64,000 nt of DNA. Origin: Thalassobaculaceae bacterium (GTDB lineage Bacteria > Pseudomonadota > Alphaproteobacteria > Thalassobaculales > Thalassobaculaceae). The stretch spans positions 310,001 through 374,000 of the forward strand of contig OZ245843.1 of assembly GCA_965228875.1 (NCBI GenBank), read 5' to 3'. The translations under genes and the position numbers were made by a program. Positions 38,405 to 47,810 of this stretch are shown here, piece after piece. The notes beneath the pieces are model-generated. The model did not search any database and was not told the origin of the DNA. It saw only the letters and a list, made by a program, of their open reading frames with translations. Every line of letters starts with the position of its first letter. The first letter of the stretch is position 1.

Positions 38405-40015
38405 TTACCAGACCTGGGACACCCCGGCTCCTGAGCGCGGGTCTGCGCCACCGCGCCAGCGTCCGTCCTCGTCGACGGAAATCGCATGCGCCCGCGCCAT
38501 GACCGGATTGAAGCTGATCGGCGAGTGGTCGACCTCGTGGCCGAGAGCCTCCAGGTCGCGAACGACGTTCTCCTGGATCCGCGCTTCGGCATGGATGGCG
38601 CCGCCCTCGTGGTGAATGCGCGGGACGGTCACCGCCTCGACCGGGCTCATGGCGAAATCGACGATGTTCAGGATCGTCTGCAGGACGGCGGAAATGATCA
38701 CGCTGCCCCCTAGGGCGCCGACGACCATGCGGACCCGGCCGTCCTTCAGCAGAAGAGTGGGCACCATTCCGGTGGTCCGCGCCTTTCCCGGCGCGAAGGA
38801 GTTGGCCCGGCCCGGTCGCGGGTCCGCGAGCTTCATGGAGTTGTTCCAAACGAAGCCCAGACCGGGCGTGACGACCCCGCACCCGGTGCCGAGCGTGTGG
38901 GTCACCGAGACAGCGTTTCCATCCTCGTCGTAGACCGAGAGGTGGGTGGTCGACGAGTAGGGGTCGTCGTCGCGTCTCGGCGCCCGCTCGCCGGCGCGGA
39001 TACGCTCGGCATACTCGGCGGCGCGGGCCGGGGAGAGCAGGGTGTCGACCGGGACGTCGACGAACTCCGGATCGGCGAGCCAGCGCTCCCGATTGCCATG
39101 GGCGAACCCCATGGCGCGCGCAACCAGATCGATATGCTCGGCCGACCCGTGATTGAGGGAACCGAGATCGAAATGCTCCAGGATCTGAAGCATCTGGATG
39201 AGGGTCGCGCCGCTGCCCGGCGGCGGGTTCGAAGCGACGGTGAAGCCCCGATAGGTGCCGGTGACGGGCGTGTCCCGCCGCACCGCGTATCCGGCGAGGT
39301 CGCTGGCGGTGACGAAGGCGTTGTTGGCGGCGAAATCATCGGCAATGCGCTCGGCGATGGCACCGGTATAGAAGGTCTCGGCGCCATCTCGACCGATCGC
39401 CTCCAGCGTGTTCGCGTAGTCCGGGTTCCGGATGATGTCGCCGACGTTCCAGAACCTGCCCTCGGGCGTCAGGTAGATGTCGGCGCAGGCCTGCGTCGTC
39501 TTCAGGCGGGTCATGCCGTCCGGTACACCGGCCATCGGCTTGCGGGTCCAGAAATCGCGGACGTGCTGTGGCAGGGGATACCCCTCACGCGCGAGGGCGA
39601 TTGCCGGTTCGAGCAGTTCGGCAAGCGGCCGCGAGCAGAGCTCTCGGTGGGCGTCGGCGAAGCCGGCGACGGTCCCCGGTGTCATGATCGCCGTGTACCC
39701 GAGCTCGCTGCGGTAGTCGTCGAACAGGGAGTACCCGCTGATGTCAGAGCGGCCGGTGCCCTGGCCATGCCACATGTCCGGCGCGACCCGCGATCCGGCG
39801 CGCGTGTGGAAGTCGATCATGCCATGCGCCCCGTCGCGGGCGCGGAAATACTGCAGCGTACCCATTCCGCCGATGCCGCACATGAAGGGGTCTACGACCA
39901 TCTGGGCGAAGGCGGCGGCAACCGCCGCGTCGAAGGCCGTGCCGCCATCGGCCAGCACGTCGCGGCCGACATCCGCGGCCCGGGGTTGAGGGCAGACGAC
40001 GATTCCTCTGGTCAT
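38405..40015 (-). CDS. ggt: Gamma-glutamyltransferase family protein (no signal peptide)
   Basis: GGTAFDAAVA, CGIGG, TPGTVAG, STTHLSVYD (Thr nucleophile), GALGGSVI, PRIHH, GGADPR. Confidence 0.9.
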   Translation of the reverse strand: MTRGIVVCPQPRAADVGRDVLADGGTAFDAAVAAAFAQMVVDPFMCGIGGMGTLQYFRARDGAHGMIDFHTRAGSRVAPDMWHGQGTGRSDISGYSLFDDYRSELGYTAIMTPGTVAGFADAHRELCSRPLAELLEPAIALAREGYPLPQHVRDFWTRKPMAGVPDGMTRLKTTQACADIYLTPEGRFWNVGDIIRNPDYANTLEAIGRDGAETFYTGAIAERIADDFAANNAFVTASDLAGYAVRRDTPVTGTYRGFTVASNPPPGSGATLIQMLQILEHFDLGSLNHGSAEHIDLVARAMGFAHGNRERWLADPEFVDVPVDTLLSPARAAEYAERIRAGERAPRRDDDPYSSTTHLSVYDEDGNAVSVTHTLGTGCGVVTPGLGFVWNNSMKLADPRPGRANSFAPGKARTTGMVPTLLLKDGRVRMVVGALGGSVIISAVLQTILNIVDFAMSPVEAVTVPRIHHEGGAIHAEARIQENVVRDLEALGHEVDHSPISFNPVMARAHAISVDEDGRWRGGADPRSGAGVSQVW

Positions 40016-40024
40016 TGGGGCTCC

Positions 40025-41053
40025 TCAGAATCCGACTTTGGCCCGGAAGCCCGGGGCGGACAGGATGTCCGAATTGACCACGAAGTCCGGAGCCTCGCCG
40101 GCGGCGACCGCGCGGATCGCCGCGCTGTTGATCCGCCCCATCTCCGCGAACATCTGGTCGGTCCAGCCGAGCGCGTGCGGCGCCAGGACGACGTTGTCCA
40201 GATCGGCGATCGGCTCGTCGGCGGCGGAGGGTTCCGGATCCAGAACGTCGAGCCCCGCGCCGGCGATCCGCTCCTCGCACAGCGCGTCGTAGAGCGCGGC
40301 CTGGTCCACGACAGGCCCCCGCGAGGTGTTAATCAGAAACGCCGTCGGCTTCATCATCGCCAGCCTCTCGGCGTTCACCAGGTGGCGTGTTCCGTCCGTC
40401 AGAGGACAGTGCAGGCTGACGAAATCGCCCTCCCTGAACACCGTTTCGAGATCCACCGCGGTCACGCCGAGCGCTTTCGCCTCGTCGGCGCTCAGGGCCG
40501 GGTCGCAGACGATCACCCGCATGTCGAGCGGCCGGATCAGCTTCAGCGTCTCGCGACCGATGTTCCCGAGGCCGACCATGGCGAAGGTGCGGCCGATCAG
40601 GCCGACCCCGTGATGGTCGGTGCGCGCAGCCCAGCCGTCCGGACCCCGGCGGGTGAGGCGGTCCTTCACCATTATCCTGTTGGCGAGGGCGAGAAGAAAG
40701 GCGAGCGTCGCGACCGCCATGGGGCGGGCGACCGCCGGCGGCGTGATGGTCAGCGCCACGTCATGGGCGGTGCAGGCGGCGACGTCGACGGTGTCGTAGC
40801 CGACGCCCATGCGGGCGATCAGCTTCAGCCGTCCGTCGCCGGGGAAACTCTCCGCCGCCATGCGCTCGCCCAACAGGACCAGGGCGTCGAAACCGGCGAC
40901 CGACTGCGCCGAGAGCGGGTCTCCGGCCTCGTAATAGGCCAGCTCGAAAGCCGGGTCGGCGGCGAGATCGCCGAGATCGTAGTTGGGGAATTTCAGTGTG
41001 CCCCGGCTGGGGTCCAGGGTCGGGCTCAACCCGACGCGGAACGGTGCGCTCAC
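40025..41053 (-). CDS. D-isomer-specific 2-hydroxyacid dehydrogenase
   Basis: GTG start behind AAGGAG. GVGYDTVD, GLGNIG, HCPLT, INTSRG, LDV..EP, APH. Confidence 0.88.
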   Translation of the reverse strand: MSAPFRVGLSPTLDPSRGTLKFPNYDLGDLAADPAFELAYYEAGDPLSAQSVAGFDALVLLGERMAAESFPGDGRLKLIARMGVGYDTVDVAACTAHDVALTITPPAVARPMAVATLAFLLALANRIMVKDRLTRRGPDGWAARTDHHGVGLIGRTFAMVGLGNIGRETLKLIRPLDMRVIVCDPALSADEAKALGVTAVDLETVFREGDFVSLHCPLTDGTRHLVNAERLAMMKPTAFLINTSRGPVVDQAALYDALCEERIAGAGLDVLDPEPSAADEPIADLDNVVLAPHALGWTDQMFAEMGRINSAAIRAVAAGEAPDFVVNSDILSAPGFRAKVGF

Positions 41054-41058
41054 GGCGA

Positions 41059-41844
41059 TCAGTCTCCTTGAGTGACGGGCGTGGAGGCGGCGCGGATCGC
41101 CCGCGCGCCGGCGGCGAGACCCTCGCGCAGGATGGCGCTGTCGATGCCGTAGCAGATCAGGCGGAAACCCTGTTCGATCATCCGCCGTCCGTCCCCGGGT
41201 GTCGACACCAGTTGGCAGAGCGGGATGTCGGCGTCGCGCGCGGCGGCGGCGATGCGGGCCACGGCGTCGATAAAGCGCGGGTCGTCGAAGGCGCCCGGCA
41301 GTCCCAGACTGGCCGAGAGGTCGAAGTGTCCGATCCATAGGGCATCCACGCCCGGTGTCCGGGCGATCGCCTCCACCGCGTTCAGTCCGGCTGCCGTCTC
41401 GATCAACGGAATCATGACGTTGGTGCGGTTCGCCTCGGCGAGCTTGGCGGCGGGGTCGCCCGTCGTGTAGCGGTCGTGGGCCATGCCGAGCGCGACGCCC
41501 CGGTGCCCGTCCGGTGGGTAGCGCATGGCGGCGACCAGTTCCGCGGCCTCGTCCGCCGAACCGACCATGGGAAGCAGAAGCGCCTCGGCTCCGGCGTCGA
41601 GCGCCCGCGAGATGTGGTGGCCGGCCTTGGACGGCGGGCGCAGGATGACGGGAAGGTCGGCGGCCTGGAACGGGACCAGATTTGCCTTGAGCTGTCCCAT
41701 GCCGAAGCCGCTGTGCTCCATGTCCAGGAAGGCGAAATCCAACTCGGCCGCCTTGAGGATGTGGCCGATACCCGGTGTCGCGAATTCCGCCACCAAGGTT
41801 CCCACCGGCGGATCGGCCCGGTTCAGCAACGCGCGAAACGACAC
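41059..41844 (-). CDS. HpcH/HpaI-family class II aldolase
   Basis: GTG start behind AAGGAGG. DMEHS, ALDAGA..LLPMV, RYPPDGHRG, IETAAG, IGHFDLS. Confidence 0.88.
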   Translation of the reverse strand: MSFRALLNRADPPVGTLVAEFATPGIGHILKAAELDFAFLDMEHSGFGMGQLKANLVPFQAADLPVILRPPSKAGHHISRALDAGAEALLLPMVGSADEAAELVAAMRYPPDGHRGVALGMAHDRYTTGDPAAKLAEANRTNVMIPLIETAAGLNAVEAIARTPGVDALWIGHFDLSASLGLPGAFDDPRFIDAVARIAAAARDADIPLCQLVSTPGDGRRMIEQGFRLICYGIDSAILREGLAAGARAIRAASTPVTQGD

Positions 41845-42074
41845 GGCCCACCTCCTTCGCTGACGCAGTTCTTCCGTGACGATGTTAGGCCAGGTCGCGA
41901 AGCCGATCACGGGGCAGTTTCGTCATGACGCCGGTCCCTCGCGCCGAACGGGTGGGTCGGCCCGCACGCCCGGGCGGCTTGGCAATTAAAACGGTCCAAG
42001 GATCAGGCCGATATCCGTATGATCCGTTCAGCAGACCTGAGACCAGTTTCCGATCGGTGACACGGGGAGCCGAA

Positions 42075-42542
42075 ATGCATCGCCTGGGGATCATACCTTT
42101 CGACACCCGCGGGAAGGCTGTCGCGATCCTGTTCGTCACGTCGCAGACCCGTGGCCGCTGGATCCTTCCGAAGGGGAAGCGAAAGTCGAAGGAGACTCAC
42201 GTGGAGGCCTGCCGGCGCGAAGGGTTTGAGGAGGCCGGTGTCACCGGCCAGGTGCTGGAGGACTTTCCGATGACGGTCCTGATCACCAAACAGATGCCGG
42301 AAGGTACGGAGGCTATTCCGGTCACGTATTATCCCATGCTCGTTTCCGAGCAGTTCGAGGATTGGCCGGAGCGGGCCAAGCGGCAGCGGCACTGGGCCCT
42401 GATCGAGGATGCCCCCCGCGTCGCCTACCGCGAGGATCTCCTCCCGCTGCTGCAGCAGTTCCAGGACTTGAAGGACTGGATCATAGCAGCCGCAGAACGG
42501 CATAAATCGAAGCAGCCAGCAGAGCCGACAGCGGCACAGTGA
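42075..42542 (+). CDS. NUDIX hydrolase (DIPP/Ap6A-like)
   Basis: VTSQTRGRWILPKG, Nudix box ACRREGFEEAGV, DWPE..KRQRHW. Confidence 0.85.
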   Translation: MHRLGIIPFDTRGKAVAILFVTSQTRGRWILPKGKRKSKETHVEACRREGFEEAGVTGQVLEDFPMTVLITKQMPEGTEAIPVTYYPMLVSEQFEDWPERAKRQRHWALIEDAPRVAYREDLLPLLQQFQDLKDWIIAAAERHKSKQPAEPTAAQ

Positions 42543-43974
42543 CCACCCAGGCCGCGGCGATGGACAGCATGAACCGCCGGCGGACCAGGTACCGCACCGA
42601 CCGGTAACCCATGTTGGCGAAGGCCTGGTCGGCGGTGTCGTTCAGCCGATGGCCGGGGCGCAGTTTGCGTTTGTTCGGATTCTCGAAGTACTCGCGCAGG
42701 AAGCCGACGCCGAAGACGGCGCCGACGGCGATGTGCGTCGAACTGACGGGGAGGCCGAGGCTTGTCGCAATGAGGACGGTCACAGCCGCCGACAGGGTCA
42801 CGCAGAAGGCGCGCGGGGCGTTGAGACGGGTGATCTTCTTCCCGACCACGGCGATCAGCTTGGGGCCGAACAGGGCAAGGCCGAAGGCGATACCGGCGGC
42901 CCCCACGCCCATCACCCAGAGCGGGATGGTCACCTCGCCACCGATACCGGAACGCTGATCCAGGGTCGATACGATCGCCGCGAGCGGGCCGACAGCGTTG
43001 GCGACGTCGTTGGCACCATGGGCGAAGGACAGGAGGGCGGCGCCGGCGATCAGCGGCAGGTTGAACAGCGTGTAGACGTCGGAGCGGCGGTTGGCCAATG
43101 CCGCCGTCTTTTCCCTGATGTGCGGTCGCGCCACGGCGTAGGCGAGGACGAAGGCCAGGGTCGAGAGCAGCAGGATCTCGAGAGCGCCGGGGTGCCAGAT
43201 CTTCTTGAGGCCCTTGAGCGCCAGATAGCCGGTGAACGCCGCGGCCATCGCCCCGATCAGGACCGGCACCCAGCTCCGGGCCGCCGCCAGCCGGTCCGGC
43301 ACATAGAGGATCTTCAGCTTGATGAAGAGAAGGATCGCGGCGGCCAGGATCCCGCCGATCGCGGGGGAGATCACCCAGCTAGCCGCTATCGCTGCCACCG
43401 TCGGCCAGTTCACCAGACCGAAGCCCGCCGCGGCGATTCCGGCGCCGAGGACGCCGCCGACGATCGAATGCGTCGTCGATACCGGGGCGCCGATCAGCGT
43501 TGCCAGGTTGATCCAAAGCCCCGCGGCAAGCAGGGCGGCCAGCATCAGGTCCCTGAAGACGTCGAGGCCGAGGTCCTGGCCCGGCGAGATGATGCCTTTG
43601 GACACGGTCCTGACGACGTCGCCGCCGGCAAGCATGGCACCGGCCGCCTCGCAGACCGCGGCGATCGCCACGGCGGCGCCGACCGTCAGCACACGACCGC
43701 CGACGGCCGGACCCATGTTGTTGGCGACGTCGTTGGCGCCGATGTTCAGCGCCATGTAGCCGCCGACCACCGCGGCGACGGCGATCATGACCCAGTCCGC
43801 GCTGACGCTGCTGCGATAGCCCGCGACGAGGCTGCCCACGACGGCGAGAAACAGCACCGCCAGTCCGAGTGGCAACAGGATCGGCCGCAGGTCGTAGATC
43901 CGCGACTGGCCGTATCCATAGCGACGCAGGTCGTTGACGTATCGGTTCTCGGGTTTCTTGGCCGACATGGTCAT
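42481..43974 (-). CDS. pit: PiT-family inorganic phosphate transporter
   Basis: Two GANDVAN signatures, PVSTTHS and PVSSTH. Confidence 0.93.
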   Translation of the reverse strand: MTMSAKKPENRYVNDLRRYGYGQSRIYDLRPILLPLGLAVLFLAVVGSLVAGYRSSVSADWVMIAVAAVVGGYMALNIGANDVANNMGPAVGGRVLTVGAAVAIAAVCEAAGAMLAGGDVVRTVSKGIISPGQDLGLDVFRDLMLAALLAAGLWINLATLIGAPVSTTHSIVGGVLGAGIAAAGFGLVNWPTVAAIAASWVISPAIGGILAAAILLFIKLKILYVPDRLAAARSWVPVLIGAMAAAFTGYLALKGLKKIWHPGALEILLLSTLAFVLAYAVARPHIREKTAALANRRSDVYTLFNLPLIAGAALLSFAHGANDVANAVGPLAAIVSTLDQRSGIGGEVTIPLWVMGVGAAGIAFGLALFGPKLIAVVGKKITRLNAPRAFCVTLSAAVTVLIATSLGLPVSSTHIAVGAVFGVGFLREYFENPNKRKLRPGHRLNDTADQAFANMGYRSVRYLVRRRFMLSIAAAWVVTVPLSALLAASIYAVLRLL

Positions 43975-44094
43975 CTCATGGTTCTTGGGAACACCGTCCC
44001 GATCGGGACGCGTCGCGTCGCTTGGGGCGGCCGGCGCATGGCTGGGCGGTCGCTGGCCGCCACAGGGGCGGACCGAGCGTCGCGCAGGAAGCGC

Positions 44095-44907
44095 TCAGAT
44101 GATCGCGTGGCGGATCTTGGCGGAGACCCACTCGCTGACGATGACGGTGACCAGAATCACCAGAAGGATCATCGAGACCTGGGTCCAGGCGAGGGTGTTG
44201 ATCGAGCCGTTGAGCTGCAGACCGATGCCGCCGGCCCCGACAAGCCCGAGGATCGTCGACTCCCGGATGTTGATGTCCCATCGGAAGACCCCCACCCCGG
44301 CGAACGTCGGCAGGACCTGAGGGACGATCCCGAACACGATCTGCTGCGCCCGCGACGCGCCCGTCGCCTCGATCGCCTCCACCTGCGAATGGTCGATCTC
44401 CTCGATCGCCTCGTAGAGCAGTTTCGCGCAGAAACCGATCGAGCGCAGCCCGATCGCGATCGTCCCGGCGAGGACGCCCGGGCCGAAGATGAAGACCAGC
44501 ATCAGCGCCCAGATCAGGGAATTGACCGACCGCGAGGCCACGATCACGAACAGCGCGACCGCCCGGACCGTCATGTGCGGAGTCGTGTTGCGGGCGGCGG
44601 CGAACGCGACCGGAACGGCGATCACGAGAGCGATGACCGTTCCCAGGGTGGCGATGTTGATGGTGTCCCAGACCGGTCGCCAGAGCTTCTCCATGTAGGA
44701 GAATTTCGGCGGGAACATGCGGGCCCCGATATCGGCGGCCTGGCGGCCGGCGTCCTGCACGAAGAACCAGACGGTCTTCTCGGACACGAGATGCCAAGCG
44801 TAGACGACGATGGAAAGCGCGATGAGCCAACCGAACCAGACCGCCATCTCCTGTCTGGTGGTGCGCCGGCGCCAGTCGAGCCCGTTTTCGGTTTCGATCT
44901 GCGGCAT
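44095..44907 (-). CDS. phnE: Phosphonate/phosphate ABC permease
   Basis: AKLLYEAIEEID, EAIEATGAS, RWDINIRESTILGLVGAGGIG. Confidence 0.92.
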   Translation of the reverse strand: MPQIETENGLDWRRRTTRQEMAVWFGWLIALSIVVYAWHLVSEKTVWFFVQDAGRQAADIGARMFPPKFSYMEKLWRPVWDTINIATLGTVIALVIAVPVAFAAARNTTPHMTVRAVALFVIVASRSVNSLIWALMLVFIFGPGVLAGTIAIGLRSIGFCAKLLYEAIEEIDHSQVEAIEATGASRAQQIVFGIVPQVLPTFAGVGVFRWDINIRESTILGLVGAGGIGLQLNGSINTLAWTQVSMILLVILVTVIVSEWVSAKIRHAII

Positions 44908-45722
44908 CACTGCACCCATTTGCGAAGGTAGCCGGAGACGTACTCCAGCACCAGAACGATGCCGATGATCACGAGCAGGATCGCGGCGGCGGTATCGAAC
45001 TCGTAGCGGTCGAACGCCGTGTTAAGGGTCGCGCCGATGCCGCCGCCGCCGACGATGCCGACCACGGCCGACTCCCGGAAGTTGATGTCGAGGCGATACA
45101 CCGCCAACCCGATCATCCGCGGCATGACCTGTGGCTGGATCGCGTAGTTGATCCACTGGAACCAGTTGGCGCCGGTGGACTTGACCGCCTCCGCCTGAGA
45201 CTGGCTCATGTTCTCGATGTCTTCGGCCAGCAGTTTCGCATAGAAGCCGATGGTGCCGATCGACAGGGCGACGAAGCCGGCGAACGGGCCGAAACCGAAC
45301 AGCTTGACGGCGAAGATGGCGAGGATGACCTCGGGAAAGGTCCGCGAACCGGCAATGATCGCGCGGTTGATCAGATAGACCCAGCGCGGCGCGAGGTTGC
45401 GCGCGGCACCCAGGCCGATCGGAATCGACAGCAGGATCCCGGCTACCGTCGAGATGATCGCCATCCAGATGCTTTCCTGGATGCCGTCCCACATCACGCC
45501 GCGGTTGTCGGCGAAATTCGGGGGGAAGAACGCGGTCAGGAAGCGTTCGCCTCGCGGCAGACCTTCGGCCACCCGGCTCCAGTTGACGTCCATGGTCCCG
45601 AGCGCGACCGACAGGTATCCTGCCGCGCCTGCGACGATGGCCCAGTAGAGCGCCCGATTCCGGATCAGGGGCGGTCGTTTCCAGTGATCCGGATAGACCT
45701 TGCCGGAGAGGGCGTCGCTCAC
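44907..45722 (-). CDS. phnE: Phosphonate/phosphate ABC permease (second copy)
   Basis: GTG start overlapping the phnC stop. [31 protein letters not shown]. Confidence 0.9.
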   Translation of the reverse strand: MSDALSGKVYPDHWKRPPLIRNRALYWAIVAGAAGYLSVALGTMDVNWSRVAEGLPRGERFLTAFFPPNFADNRGVMWDGIQESIWMAIISTVAGILLSIPIGLGAARNLAPRWVYLINRAIIAGSRTFPEVILAIFAVKLFGFGPFAGFVALSIGTIGFYAKLLAEDIENMSQSQAEAVKSTGANWFQWINYAIQPQVMPRMIGLAVYRLDINFRESAVVGIVGGGGIGATLNTAFDRYEFDTAAAILLVIIGIVLVLEYVSGYLRKWVQ

Positions 45723-46567
45723 GGTCGACCCCCATGGGCGTCGTGTTCGCCGGTCAGCGCCTCTGCGGCGGCAACGAACTCCGGATCGACTTCGTCGTCG
45801 TCCTCGACCTTGCCGATCGTCGCCTCCCAGTTCTCCTCGCCATAGATCCGGGTGAGGACATCCGGCGTCAGTTTCTCCGGCGGTCCGTCGTAGACGATCG
45901 TGCCCAGTTCCAGGCCGACGATCCGTTTGGAGAACATCTGCGCCAGCAGAACGTCGTGAATGTTGATGATCGCCGCCAGCCCCCGCTCCTCGCACAGTTC
46001 GTTGATCAGCCGCATGATCTGGCGGGATGTCTTCGGATCGAGGCTGGCGGTGGGCTCGTCGACGAGGAGCAGGTCCGGGTTCTGAATGAGGGCGCGGCAG
46101 ATGCCGACACGCTGGCGCTGTCCGCCGGACAGCTCGTCGGCCCGCTTGTCGGCCATGTGCATCAGGCCGACACGGTCGAGCAGGCGATAGGCTTCCTGGA
46201 CGTCCTCCTGGGGGAAGCGGCGGAACCAGCTGCGCCAGAAGCCGACATAGCCGAGCCGCCCCGACAGCACGTTCTCCATGACGGTCAGCCGCTCGACGAG
46301 GGCGTATTCCTGAAAGATCATGCCCATCCGGCGCCGGGCGAGGCGCAGGCTGCGTCGCGAGAGACCGGTGAGTTCGAGATCGCCGAGATAGACCCGGCCC
46401 TCCGTCGGCTCGACCAGGCGGTTGACGCAGCGGATCAGAGTGGACTTGCCCGCGCCGGACGGGCCGATCAATGCCATAACCTGCCCGTCGGGAACCTCGA
46501 GATCAACGCCCTTCAGCGCCTGGTCGCCCGTCTTGTACTGCTTCTTGAGGCCTTCAATACGAAGCAT
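45719..46567 (-). CDS. phnC: Phosphonate/phosphate ABC ATP-binding protein
   Basis: [46 protein letters not shown]. Confidence 0.93.
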   Translation of the reverse strand: MLRIEGLKKQYKTGDQALKGVDLEVPDGQVMALIGPSGAGKSTLIRCVNRLVEPTEGRVYLGDLELTGLSRRSLRLARRRMGMIFQEYALVERLTVMENVLSGRLGYVGFWRSWFRRFPQEDVQEAYRLLDRVGLMHMADKRADELSGGQRQRVGICRALIQNPDLLLVDEPTASLDPKTSRQIMRLINELCEERGLAAIINIHDVLLAQMFSKRIVGLELGTIVYDGPPEKLTPDVLTRIYGEENWEATIGKVEDDDEVDPEFVAAAEALTGEHDAHGGRP

Positions 46568-46612
46568 CGCTCGGTACCGGTGAACGCGTTGAAAGGAACG
46601 AATAACCGAACC

Positions 46613-46634
46613 GCCCCCGTCCGAGGACGGGGGC
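46613..46634 (-). terminator. Stem-loop after phnD (partial terminator or mRNA stabiliser)
   Basis: GCCCCCGTC-cgag-GACGGGGGC, followed on the minus strand by a T-rich tract. Confidence 0.6.
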
Positions 46635-46660
46635 TGGCGGCAAATGGATGTGTCGATCGG

Positions 46661-47644
46661 CTATTTGCAGTCGTAGCTGATGCCGTTGGCGGCATCGATC
46701 TTGCGCACGACATCCCAGTGGGTCTTGTGGCGGATGTTGATGAAGCGGTCCGCCCGCTTGAACTCCTTCTTGAAGTTCTCGTCCCACTCGTAGGTGAAGA
46801 ACGCTTCCTTGACCTTCGCCACCAGGACCGGGTGCAGGTTGTGGGCGTGGCCGTACCCCGTCGTGGGGAAGGTCTGCGACTTGTAGATCGTGCGCAGCTT
46901 GCTCTGGTCGATCACGCCGCGCCGGGCCATGCGGAAGAGGACCGAGTTGGCGATCGCCGCAATCTCGTAGTCGCCGTTGTAGACGCCGAGGATCGAGTTG
47001 TCGTGCTTGCCGGAGAACGCCGGGGTGAAGTCCTGCTCGGCGATCAGCCCGAACTCTCCCTTGAGGATCGCCGACGGCGCCTTGAACCCCGAGTTCGACG
47101 TCGGCGAGGTGAACGCCATGGTCCGGCCCTTGATATCCGCCGGCGATTGGATCTCGCTGTCGGCCTGGACGATGATCTCCATCTCGTAGCCGAAGCTGCC
47201 GTCGTTATAGGCCATCATCGCGAACGGCACGAAGCCGGCGCAACTCACCGCGATCGGGTTGGATCCGGTATTGAAGCCGGCGACATGCAGCCGTCCCGAC
47301 CGCATCGCCTCAAGCTGGGCGGCGTTGGACTGGACCGGGAAGAACACGACCTCTTTGCCGGTTACCTCGGCCATGTGCTTCACGAATCCGTCCCAGATGT
47401 TGGCGTAGACGGCCGGGTCCTCGACGGGGGTGTAGGTGAAGATGAGGGTGTCCGGGTCGACCCATTCCGCCGGATCCGACGGCAGGTCGGCGACCTGGTC
47501 GAGGTCCCGATCGCAATAGGCCTCGTCCAGCGTACCCCGGTCGCAGCGCTCGGCGGCGGATAGGGGGGCTGGGGCTGCCAGCATTGTCACGCCGAACAGT
47601 GCGCAGGCGGCAATGCCGCCGACCGTCTTCCATAGATCCTTCAT
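46661..47644 (-). CDS. phnD: Phosphate/phosphite/phosphonate ABC substrate-binding protein
   Basis: Signal peptide. PVEDPA, QLEAMRSG, TSNSGFKAP, GKHDNS, S.TFP. Confidence 0.88.
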   Translation of the reverse strand: MKDLWKTVGGIAACALFGVTMLAAPAPLSAAERCDRGTLDEAYCDRDLDQVADLPSDPAEWVDPDTLIFTYTPVEDPAVYANIWDGFVKHMAEVTGKEVVFFPVQSNAAQLEAMRSGRLHVAGFNTGSNPIAVSCAGFVPFAMMAYNDGSFGYEMEIIVQADSEIQSPADIKGRTMAFTSPTSNSGFKAPSAILKGEFGLIAEQDFTPAFSGKHDNSILGVYNGDYEIAAIANSVLFRMARRGVIDQSKLRTIYKSQTFPTTGYGHAHNLHPVLVAKVKEAFFTYEWDENFKKEFKRADRFINIRHKTHWDVVRKIDAANGISYDCK

Positions 47645-47684
47645 GCGTCCCTCCCTGAACCTGCTCTCGGCGCTTCCGTGCGCC

Positions 47685-47702
47685 GTTTCATATTTCTGAC
47701 AC
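47685..47702 (-). promoter_or_regulatory. Candidate Pho box upstream of phnD
   Basis: Minus strand GTGTCAG-AAAT-ATGAAAC versus the consensus CTGTCAT-AAAT-CTGTCAC, about 40 nt upstream of the ATG. The second half-site is weak. Confidence 0.4.
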
Positions 47703-47810
47703 AAAACCGTAATGTCGATCGCTGGTCAGGGCAATTTCTTTGCGGACGCCGCGGTGCTCGATCTGGGGCGAGGAACCCGGTCGGATGTTTCCATCGGACC
47801 GTGGTCTGCT

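Noticed and set aside
40025..41053. Possible phosphite dehydrogenase PtxD, given the nearby phnCDE-like genes
   Set aside because: It reads RMGVGYD where PtxD has a Lys-containing ALKGFD motif, and it is embedded in a separate aldolase/GGT operon.
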